64,000 nucleotides of DNA from the NCBI GenBank assembly GCA_000708835.1, contig DF236955.1:310001-374000 (forward strand), in the 5' to 3' direction. Numbering within the stretch: the first letter of the stretch is position 1; the number at the start of each line of letters is the position of its first letter. A program made the position numbers and the translations under genes. Shown one piece after another: positions 48,247 through 59,207 of the stretch. The DNA is from Klebsormidium nitens. Taxonomy: Eukaryota; Plantae; Klebsormidiophyceae. The notes under the pieces were generated by a model that saw nothing but the letters and a program-made list of their open reading frames with translations, was not told the DNA's origin and ran no database searches.

Positions 48247-49359
48247 AGGCGGCAACTAGGAGCCGCAAAACACTCGAGACAACTTCACAGAGATTAGAAA
48301 ATTAGTAGGAAATTTTGGTGCGGATGCAAGTTGAAACCGGTCTGCAACAAGGCGCGTCAGATCGAAGCCTACAAGAAACAGTCAAATTTTGAGATTACTC
48401 CGTTGAATTATGAGGAATGTGTTAATCATTGCGGAAATATTGGATATTAAAAATCTACATTTGATTTTTGTAGACATCCATCCCTTCTGAAAAGAGCGAT
48501 AGGAATATCCGTTTCAGACAAGCATGACTTCGATAACAAACTTGAAGGACGACCATCCATGCCCAGCACGAAGTTAGACCTTTGACGAATTGGATGAAAT
48601 CGCACCGTTCATGGAGACTCACTCGAGTCTTTGCCACAGTCCATAATCAAGCTTGGAAGCCTTCGATCACCCGCCTTCGACTTTGAGGCGGACGGCCACA
48701 CAGCTCGCTGCTCTCAACGTTGTGCCCGGATTTCGGATCTTCGGGCTCTCCGACCGGGTCTGTCCGTTTCAGGACATGACGTCTTTGCCAACATGCCTTC
48801 ACTGATCAGTGGAGCATAAAGCATAAAAGCTATTACCGATAACAACTGGGTTTGCATTGCAAGCGTCTCGACTTATTATTGGGCAGTGGCCTGGTGTCGT
48901 AGAGTTCGTAGTTAGTAGGTGTTTGAATCATCTTGGCGGATTTGCAACCTTCCTGTTAACGTAGCTGTGGTCTTTTGATAGCCGTCCGATGAGCTTCCAA
49001 CAACTTGGACGTCGCATACTCACTGTTAGACCGCGCGACGACACAGGCGCTGTCATCGACGGTCGAGAGTTGCCACTGACCTTGAACTTCAGTTTTCCAC
49101 CTCAAGCAAGAAGTCATCACACTAGTTTTGATCATCCACCACAATCCCTGGGCTGGCAGACGATGCATTGCTTCTGTTTTGAATAGGGCGCCATCGCATT
49201 TCAGCTTTCTCACCAGGTCACTAGCATTTCCTCAATTGTGTTTCTGAACGAGCCCGTGCTTGCATCACAACGCTCCCCGATAGAGGAAGGTGTTTGGCAC
49301 ACAGACTTGAGGGAGCATTGGCCGAAGTTTCATTGCAGGCGCTCCGTCTTTTATAGAGG

Positions 49360-51635
49360 ATGGCGGTCGCGAAGCGGCTCTTGCTGCAGTTGCACGTTGT
49401 CATCGCTGTTGCATTTCTCCTGGATGGTGCTGCGGGTCTGAGAATGGCAATCATGCGGACAGAGTGCCTGACAGAGGAGGTGGCAAATGAGGGGGACATT
49501 GTGACTGGGTCGTTTGTTGTCCTGGACCATCAGAGCGCATGGGCGGAGCAGCACCCGGGGATGGACTTGGGGGTGCGTTCCTTGCAAGTGTTCTTCTCTT
49601 GTAGAGAGAGGGAAATTGGAGCTGTCGAATGTGTGAATCAATCCACAGAGCCTCTTTTGCGAAAGTGGTGAACCAGCTGGGCAACTTAACGATGTAACAG
49701 AGGGAAGGTTTATGGTATGTGTAGTCTTTCTCCCTGCGAGGCAGATGATCGCAGAGAAGGCCTATGCTTCGCGGCGGGAAGTCTCACAGCAATGGATAGA
49801 TAGATCAACAGCATTTGGATCTTACCCCTCCTGCGGGAGTGTCAGTTGCAAGCCCAGTTCCAACAGATTCATGGTCCTCAGTTCTGCAAGAGTGACATAC
49901 AGTTGGTGACAATTGTTTGGTTCAGCGGGACTTGAAGGATTTGTTGGATGATGTGCCCAATTTGCCTTTGGTGTTGGGGCAAAATATGAGTTTTCCCTCT
50001 TGAAAGACTTTGTCTTGACCCTGATAGTCCACTCTTCGTGCCAGGATTGTGTTTGTCCAAAATTGGTTTGTCATATACTGTAAAAGGATGTATAAGAAAT
50101 CGAAGTTAAGGTCTCTTGGGGGTGATGTCATCGCAGGATTACACACCTTCCACTTCTGAGAACTAAAGCACAACTTTTGCCGACAAGCCGCCACCCCCTC
50201 AACCACCACTTCACAATCAACTTTTGTTGTGCAGGTGACCGGTCCTGGCAACAACCACGTGTACAGTACGCGCTGGAAGGTGGAGGACAAGTTCAGCTTC
50301 CGCGCGCTCAAGCCGGGGCCCTACAAGTTCTGCTTTACCAACCACGCTCCTGCCCCCAAGTCAGTCATCTTCCAGGTGCACGTCGGCCACACGATCTCGC
50401 CAGAGGAGATCGCTAAAGCAGGTCAGTGTTGAAAAGGCTCTAAATGAAAGGCTTCGTATTCTCTGCTCTGGCATCTAGCCCTCGTGTCCTGGAGAGCAAT
50501 TTTTTGGTCGCGTGAGGCAGCATGAGGTGATTGTGTAGTAAGAATTGTCCAAGGGCGTGGCCACACTGTGACATTCTGACAGGATCTTGTCGATTGCTTT
50601 TGTTTGATAATCTTTCTTGGACCTGGGGATCCCCTTCTGGAAGTATCGGAGGGGATATTGATCAGTCAAGCCATGCGGTTGTAAGGTCATGATCCAAATG
50701 AAGCTTTGAGTCTGCGGTAGTCAGAATTGATGCCACAAGCTTGTGAGTGCCTCAACCCAAGCCTCACCCCTTTTGAGTTGCCTTCTCCAATCATTGGCCA
50801 ATGACCCCTGCAGCAGGCTGGACCCTTTGCAACAAATCTGCTCGGAAACGCCCAACTGGCATGAGGCTCTTTGGGCTGCGCCTTCGGTCTTCAACAATTG
50901 ACCTCTTTCGCAGACCCACAAAGGTCCGACTTCGACAACCTTGTGGAGTACTCATCAGGTCCCTCTTCTTCTGCAGAGCACTTTGACCCGCTGGCGCTCC
51001 AGATCGGCAAGGTGTCGGAGGCGCTCGCGCTGGTGGTGCAGGAGCAGGCCTACTTGCGGGCCAGGGAGGAGCGGCACAGGATAAGTGAGCACGTCCACAC
51101 TCATTCGAAGATTTAAACGGGCTCAATGACCGCTTCCATCAGCCATTATGTCCATTTGAGCAGTTCCATCAACTGCATGCTCATATACGTCAACAAATCT
51201 AATATGCCTCAAAGGCCGGTGACGGAGCTTAATACGAATGGGGCGGGGACTTAGCGACAGAAGGACCCGTCCAAAAGCTCAAGGACCTTTCTCACACCGT
51301 TCCTGGGATATGCAGCTAATGAGAGCACCAGTAGGCGGGTGGTGTTTTACTCCTTTATCGAGACGGCAGGGATTGTCACGGCAAGTCTTCTGCAGGTGAG
51401 CACAGAGCAGCCTCTTTCTGTCGCTGATAAAATCACATGGTATACTCATTTCTTGGAACTTTTCCGACGGAGTGTATGCATATCTGGCAATCAGGAATGC
51501 CTCTCGAAACACTGCACCTGTATGTGTCCACTGATAGGGACATCTCGGCACTTACGAGAGTAAGATTTGGTGCCTGCGCAGGTCTTCTTCCTTCGAAGAC
51601 TGTTCGAGAAACGCGGAAAACGGGTATCTGTATAG
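49360..51635 (+). CDS. p24/TMED (emp24/gp25L, GOLD domain) cargo receptor, beta-type
   Basis: Signal peptide, then TECLTEEV...G.FVV, GPYKFCFTN, EQAYLRAREERHR, NEST.RRVVFYS.IE, LQ|VFFLRRLFEK; five or six exons. Confidence 0.9.
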
Positions 51636-52679
51636 GATATCAACTGTCGTCGTCGTTCTCTCGGGTTAACTCAACGTGCATAGAAGTGTTCATTCCCTGT
51701 TCCGTAAAGCAGTGTACTTTCGAGCAACTGGAAACAGTTCCAGCACTTGCCTGTGGCCAGTACTCAGAGTCGCTTTGTTACTGGCCCCTAACTTCAGCAG
51801 CTGAATGAGTCGAGCATGCAGGCTGACGTCATCTTAAGTTTCCTTGACGACCACTGCTCGTGTTATTGACGATCTCCGTTTTGTTAGCACTGCGCTGCAC
51901 CCATGTTTTGAAAAGCCTTAGCCAAAAAGGTTGGAGCTTTCAACGAGACCAATTGCTTCTGATCCCGGCCGGCCAGCTGCGACGTGACAACGCCTATAAC
52001 AATGTCGTCAATCTGGAACGCGTGCACCTTGGCATGTGCATGCGATATTGGTAGCTGTTGACTTCAATAAATATGCCATGCTGCAATTCACATCACATTT
52101 TGTGCGAGCGGTCCGACTATATATATGCTGGACACCTATGAGGCTAAGTGCTTACAGTAAGGTACTGAAGTACATGTGCGTATACACACTAAGATGCGAA
52201 TGCAATTAAGCTGATCATCTCTCTAGAATTCATAATAGGTCAAGAATAATCCTTGCATGTGGTTACTATGACCCATTTGAGAAAGCATCTAGGCTTACAA
52301 ACTGCACCGTCTAGGAAGCGCCACACCAACTGCTACAAGCATTGCACGCAAGATGACTACAAGGACGTATATGAACTTTGCAGCTGTAGACTACGTCATT
52401 GACGCCGGCCATCCCACGACTGTGGGGCTTTACAATCTGTCCACATGTGAGTCTACAGTTACCTTTGCGCGGTGCATAGAGCAGACATGAAGGATGAAAC
52501 GCACCGACAGTGTTTCCTTGATGTGCTGATGTATGGATGCCATCAGATGCGATCGTTGCTCAGCACTCAACTCGGAGAACACTCCAAGACCGTCTTCTAA
52601 AAAGCATGATACTTACAACCTGCCGTGCTTCCTAAACTGCCAAACCGAAGTTTCTCTCCTAATGTACTGAAACACCAAC

Positions 52680-54693
52680 TTAGCCCTTTGCTTCTCTCGG
52701 TGTGGCCCACTCGACCCGCAGGATGAGATTGTCATAACCGTAGCCGTCGAGCTTTCTGATTGCTTGTTGAGCATCCTCCCTGCAAGAACAACCAAATCCC
52801 AACAAGCTAAGCGCCTTGAAAGTAAGACCATCCGCTTTGCTTTCTCCGAAATGGACAGTTGTCTGTGATGTCCAGTGGGTATGTCTCTTGGGCAAACATG
52901 CCCTTGATTGAAAATCACTGGCGAGAGCACATAAGGAACATAGGCTTGCACTTGCGGTCTTGGCGAAAGAGTCTGGTCTAAAAGAGGTCACTGAATATTC
53001 CAAGGTGTTGATTCAGGTCTCCCCCTTGTTCGACCCAAGAGTTGTCCGTTTTTGCATCCTTTTCAATTCTCCCCAAGCAACCAGGAACTGCGACAAACCC
53101 TATTACCCGACATTGCAAGTTTGAAATGCTCAACAGGCAGACCGGCAGACTTCCCAGTCATCTGCCCCCTTTGCGCAAAACGCAACCGAGTCCAATATCT
53201 GTCATTCATCACGCCCAAAACAATTCTTCAACACTCAGTGCTCACCTGGTGACAAAGTTGATGAACGCGAACCCCCTGCTCTGCTTCGTCTCCCGGTCGA
53301 ACGCCACGTAGATACGCGAGATGGGCCCAAATGGCCGGAACAGCTCCTGCAGGTCCTCCTCGCGCGTGTCCTCGCTCAGATTCGTCACCCGGATCGAGTT
53401 GTCGTCCCGCCCACGGCCACCGCGCCCGCCGCCCATCTCGCTGCCCTCCCGCGCCGATGCCCCCTCTCTCCGGCTCGGCGGCACGTACGTCCCTGGCTTC
53501 CCGGACGACGACCCGGGCCGCTCCCCGTCCTCGGGCGCCTTCGCGCCAAAGTCCCCGCTGTTCGCGGCAAGGTCCTTGTACGGGCACTGCGCGGACCAAT
53601 GGTCGCCCTTCTTGCCGCACACGCGGCAGACCATGAGGCTCGTGTTGCCCTGCTGCGCCAGCTGGCCGAGCGGGTCGGCCGCCTTCTTCTCGGCCGCCTC
53701 CTTCTCGGCCTGCAGCCCGCGGCGCTCGATCCAGATCTCCTCGGTGGACACCATGGTGCGGTGCTCCTGCTCGCTGCCGAGGCCCTTGGCGTCGCCGAAC
53801 TTGGCCCAGTTGCGGCGCTCCAGCACCTTCTTGCTGCGCTTCTCACGCTTGTTGCGCACCTTCTTCACCACCTTCACCTTCTGCCCCGCGTCATTGAAGC
53901 TGCTCGAGGACGAGGGCAGAGGCGGGCCATCAGCTCTCAGAATGGGACCTCTCCAGTGGACTACGCCGATGTTTCGCCAAAATTGCCATCCTTTGACGTA
54001 GATTGACAAGCAAGCGTGACTTGTAGGGCGAACAATTGAACACAAAACTGTATTTGGATGGGCTTTACTGCAAGGCATCTATGGCCACAGCAAATCGCTG
54101 CAGTCCAGCACCATTTGCTGCAACAGTCTTGATTCATGCTGGCACACTTGCAGACACAATTTGTTGCAAAACCAATGGGTAGTCCATTGATTGAGCTGCT
54201 TGAATACCTCAATCAGAGATTGACGTGTTCTGCACTGTGCCCCATCCCAGGCCACCCAATGAAACTATTCATCTCACAGGCCCTTGACGGGTCGCAAACA
54301 CCCATGGCAGCTCAAGAGATGGCTTGACTAAGACGCCTCATAGCAGTTTGGTAATGGTGGGAGGGATGTACAATGATGTGTTCTTTCACGAGGATTCCAC
54401 CGAAGAAGGTCACAATGCACAATTCAAGCCCCTAGAAACCAACCATTACCAAAAGCGTCCGAAACTGCTGAGGATTGTCACCACCCCAACATCCAGATCA
54501 AACTGGGCGCCTCAAAGCCCTTCATAAACAGGAAAAGCACCCACCTGTACTCGATAATTGTCTTGATCCCCTTCTCGTCAGGCCCCAGGACTTGAATTGG
54601 CGGCAAGGACTTGTCGTCCACTGCCTCAATCTCCTGGTCCGACTCCTCATCGTCAAAGTCGATGCTATCTCCCCATCTCACTTTGGCCGCCAT
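52680..54693 (-). CDS. eIF3g: Eukaryotic translation initiation factor 3 subunit G; exons ~54693-54545, ~53900-53246, ~52779-52680
   Basis: RWGD, GPDEKGIKTIIEYR|FN, WAKFGDA, zinc knuckle CRVCGKKGDHWSAQCPYKDL, and RRM IRVTNLSEDTRE.DL.ELF.PFG.ISRIY...SRGFAFINF...R|EDAQQAI.KLDGYGYDNLILRVEWA. Confidence 0.97.
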
Positions 54694-55034
54694 GCTGACC
54701 GTGGCGCTTGGCGGTTCCTTGCAAACAACTTTTGTTTCCTCAAGATACGCTAACGTGCTAAGTCTCGCTTGAAAGCTGCCAACCGCTCTCTGGTGTTTCA
54801 GAAATTGTTTGTGGGCACCCTGCGACAAACGGATACAAAAGGACACCCGCGGCCCGCCCCTTCTGCTGGTCACGTTCTCGTTGCGTCACACCTTGCTGTT
54901 CTGAGGCACATGGCAAGAAGCAAGGAAGAGACTTTGCCCTGCCACTGGCCAGTGCCAGTGCAGCCCTGCAAAAGTGCTGTGCAGCAAAATTGATTAAACA
55001 CCCGTGACCTGAGGCTGAGTCGCTACGCGATTCA

Positions 55035-55069
55035 TGCACTGGCCGGGAATCGAACCCGGGTCTGTACCA
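55035..55069 (-). tRNA. 3' half of tRNA-Gly (GCC type); 5' half not visible
   Basis: The minus strand reads TGGTACAGACCCGGGTTCGATTCCCGGCCAGTGCA, matching the 3' exon of plant tRNA-Gly(GCC). The 65 nt upstream, up to the gap, are not tRNA-like. Confidence 0.65.
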
Positions 55070-55133
55070 ATTTCACACGTCGCGCTGACGTCATTTGGCA
55101 AAGGGTCCTCAATTGAGGAGCAAGCGGGGGGGC

Positions 55134-55683
55134 NNNNNNNNNNNNNNNNNNNNNNNNNNNNNNNNNNNNNNNNNNNNNNNNNNNNNNNNNNNNNNNNNNN
55201 NNNNNNNNNNNNNNNNNNNNNNNNNNNNNNNNNNNNNNNNNNNNNNNNNNNNNNNNNNNNNNNNNNNNNNNNNNNNNNNNNNNNNNNNNNNNNNNNNNNN
55301 NNNNNNNNNNNNNNNNNNNNNNNNNNNNNNNNNNNNNNNNNNNNNNNNNNNNNNNNNNNNNNNNNNNNNNNNNNNNNNNNNNNNNNNNNNNNNNNNNNNN
55401 NNNNNNNNNNNNNNNNNNNNNNNNNNNNNNNNNNNNNNNNNNNNNNNNNNNNNNNNNNNNNNNNNNNNNNNNNNNNNNNNNNNNNNNNNNNNNNNNNNNN
55501 NNNNNNNNNNNNNNNNNNNNNNNNNNNNNNNNNNNNNNNNNNNNNNNNNNNNNNNNNNNNNNNNNNNNNNNNNNNNNNNNNNNNNNNNNNNNNNNNNNNN
55601 NNNNNNNNNNNNNNNNNNNNNNNNNNNNNNNNNNNNNNNNNNNNNNNNNNNNNNNNNNNNNNNNNNNNNNNNNNNNNNNNNNN
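55134..55683. other. Assembly gap (550 N)
   Basis: Run of N. Confidence 0.99.
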
Positions 55684-55732
55684 AGCTTGGCGAGCAGCCA
55701 GCTCAGAAGCGCTTCAGCCTTCAGAAGCCGCC

Positions 55733-58158
55733 ATGGCCTGTCACACATGCTCCTGCCGGCATCTGAGCACAGTCGGACGCTTATGGCCGCCAGCGGGCGC
55801 CCCACAAAACGCCCAGAGAAGCAGAAAGCCAATCAATGCAGAGGGCGCCACTCAGCTGCTCCTGCCATGTTGTCCACGTGCTTCGACAGCTGGCATGAGG
55901 AAGCGACGAAGTGCGCCCCAGCTGCCTGTGCCGAGCTTGTCATCACTGAAAACCAATGTGGGCAGTCTGGCTTGTTACAACGTAGGGGCTAAAGGCTTGA
56001 GCAGACCGCAGCTCTGGCTGGAGCTGGACAGTAGACGAATCTCTCACATTCGAGCCTTGGCTGACGAGAATGTTCCAGAAGCTGACGGGGAGAAAATGTG
56101 GTCCATTGAGGAGATACTGGCAGAGGCGAGTCGCTCAGAAACCCTGGTTGTTATCACTCAGCGGTTTTGAGTCAGCGGGTCACAGATGTGACGCAGCTCA
56201 AAGGCTCTAGTCAAAAGTGCCAGGACAGTTGGCGTAAAGAGCACCACCGCTCTGTTGATTCCCTTTACCATCAGACTTTTTTGGGGCCCAATTGAACCGC
56301 CACATCGTTTCCCCTTGATTCATTGATTGATGGTGCTTCTTTTCGATGTAGGCAGAGGCGGAAGGGGCCAACTTTGTCTTTTCTGAAGCAGACGACTCTG
56401 AAGATGAAGAAGAGTTCATGAAAACCCCTGCTATAAGAGCGTCTTCCGATGGTGAGTCTGTGCTTACGAGTTTGAGTCTTTGAGTATGAGTTCTGACTAC
56501 TACAGCGGGCAAGTACATGTTAAGGAGCATCTTAAATAGGTGGCTCACTCTAGTCTGCCTGTCAAGGGCTTTCCAGCGTTCATTCGCTTGCATTCCACCG
56601 TCCCTTTATAAGTGTTCCCGAAGACATCGCAAATTGGTGTTGAAATCAGCGTTTGTGGCTGCGCTTGACTACGCCTTCCAGGCCAGCTGTTCCACACTGA
56701 CCTCATCGAAGATCCCTTTGTTTAGGGCCGGGCGTAGACCTGCCCACCTCCGATGACATGACGCGAATCCTGTCAGCTTATGGAGGGGCAGAGACAGAGA
56801 GTGAGTTCCATCGCTCATCTCCTTCTCTTCTTCAACTGGGCGTGCATACTCCCTCAATCTGCATCATTGGAGTTCGTGATGCTCAGACAGAAAGCTAATG
56901 ACGTCATCTGCTCTCGCTTCTTTTCTCATCCCTTTGTATGCAGCTGAACCTGATATCTGCCTCTTTCGACAGGTATCCATGACATCACGGTCGAGGAACT
57001 GCAGCTTGAGCTACAAAGTGCGTCCCCTCGGATGCTCCTGGATGTCCGATCTGAGCAGGAGTACAGCTCGGGGTAAGCTCACTAACTAGCCCCGTTGCGG
57101 GTTCCGTGATAGCTGCAGGACGCTTTCTAGATCAGCCAAAAGCACTGCCATATTCCATGTAACGATTGTCAGAATGATTTTGCTGGCTTCGACTTCCTAT
57201 TAGAGAATCGCTGAGCCAGGCGCCCTGTGTTTTCTGCAGGCATGTCCCTGGCGCCGTCCACCTTCCTCTGGAATCCCTAGTTGGCCGCGTGTCGGCTGGG
57301 GAGGTTGACATTGAGGGAAAGCCTTTGGCCGTTATATGTGCGTCTGGTGAGTGCCAGCGTGTATTGCCATGTTGTTCTTGAGCGAAATCAAGTGTCGAGG
57401 TCAGAGTGGGCATGTGTACGATTTTGGTGTCCTTCTGACGACTTCCGTTTTGCAGTGTCGAGACGGCAAAGAACGATATCAATTGTCGGTTGTGATGTGT
57501 GCTGGTCTGTTAATCTGAAAACTGGCACCGAGATTGTGCAATCTTTGATCTAGGCTCAACTCGTTGTTTTTGAAGCCGTTCAGAATAAACGCGACTATTA
57601 CATACGTACATCGATCTGGAAGGTGGTGACTAATAACCAATATCAAACCTTATTCGAGCGAGCTTATGTTTCATAAATTTGGACCTCGGTCTCGTCTTCC
57701 GGGTCGACCAAAAAGGCTGGAGAGTCGATCACGCCAGCTTGGCAGGTTCTGACCTCGTTTCTGGACTGTGACAACGTTATATGCGCGGGTTGAGGAGTGG
57801 AACGCTGGCGCGATCGACTTTCGAACGCTTGATTGCTGTTTGGTCGACGTGGATCTTTAGATGTCAAAACGTACATCGTACTTGCAACTTCTGCTGGTGA
57901 CCGTCGCAAGTGTCGTTTTATCGTCCAGGACGTAATCAGGGCCAACAAAGCTAATGACGGACGCTCGAAACTCCCCGCTTGAACAGTTTCGAGCACATGC
58001 TCGCGGCTAAACCCCACTACTTTCTGTGTTGAACAGGCAGCCGCAGTGCACGTGCTGCTTTGGAGCTCAAGACTTTCTGCCAAGCCAAGGACGTTGTGAA
58101 CGTGAGAGGGGGGACGTTAGCCTGGATAGATGCGGGATATCCGATTGACAAGCGATGA
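55733..58158 (+). CDS. Single-domain rhodanese/sulfurtransferase, probably organelle-targeted; confident exons 56973-57072, 57240-~57348, 58036-58158; 5' exon(s) tentative (ATG 55733)
   Basis: Spliced GIHDITVEELQ...MLLDVRSEQEYSSG|HVPGAVHLPL...LAVICASG|SRSARAALEL...VVNVRGGTLAWIDAGYPI. I could not resolve the link to the transit-peptide-like ORF at 55733-56170. Confidence 0.8.
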
Positions 58159-58889
58159 CAACAGGAGTACTGAGACTGAGCACATTCTCACAAAAGTCCA
58201 AAGCAAGAGATTGACACGCTCTCTACTCTCAGGTGCACGGGCCTCAACGTCCATTTCTTACACAGTGTCCCGGCTGCATATTGTGAGTCAGACTCATCTC
58301 GCAGCCACAGCTCATGGGCATGAAGTCGACATGCGTGCTGACGTATATGGTATTGGCGTGGATTCGAGCTAATCATCTCTGTCGATCCGATCGGAGGGTA
58401 AACACCTTTTTTTTTGGATTAACTCCAGACTCCAAGATGCTAGGCGGGCCGGCCGAGGTCTCCACAAATAGGCCCGCGCCCATGCAGCCTGTGCCTAGGC
58501 GTCTATTTTAACAGAACCGACAGCTTGAGCGCGCAGCTCGCCGTTCCAACCCAAGGGCCAGGCCTCAAGGCGTCAGCCGCTTGACTACTTATGTATGAGG
58601 TATGGCGCTCGTCGGACGGCCATTCTCGCGCTGTGCAAATTCAAATATGATTATAATCCATATTTGCGTCAGCCATAGCTGCGGCTGGTGGCCGCAAGTG
58701 TCATGGATGCAACATGTGACGTACGTCGAGCAATATTGCTCGCATGTATGTTGCCAGACGTGCAGAAACCAGCTGTCGAACGCAGCTGCTGCAGCGCCTA
58801 CGTAGTAATTAGTTATAGCTGCACAATCATAGTGTTATCGGCTAGCTCTGTAGAGGTTGCAGATACGCGCGCAACTCTCAGCATGGTCG

Positions 58890-58927
58890 CGGAGTTCAAT
58901 GGATTCGCTTGAATCCATTGAACTCCG
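58890..58927. repeat. Perfect 17-bp inverted repeat with a 4-nt loop
   Basis: CGGAGTTCAATGGATTC-GCTT-GAATCCATTGAACTCCG. Confidence 0.9.
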
Positions 58928-59207
58928 TAATTAGGTATGCACCATTGATGCACAGGTTGCCGCAAGTCTGACGCGTATACATAGTATTGGACAACGGAAG
59001 CTCTACGGCCTTCATAAAGCTTCTCAAATCCATTGAATAATGACTGAGATTTTGCAGCGCACTGAAATCCACAGGAATCACACAAGGCCAAATTCGCAGT
59101 GCACTACGAAAGACAGGTACACGACCTTCGCTTCTTACATACGAACAGCTTGTACGATCTCGAAGCAATGTGCTTCGGCAAGCAGAACTAGCCACCTCAA
59201 CATGCAG

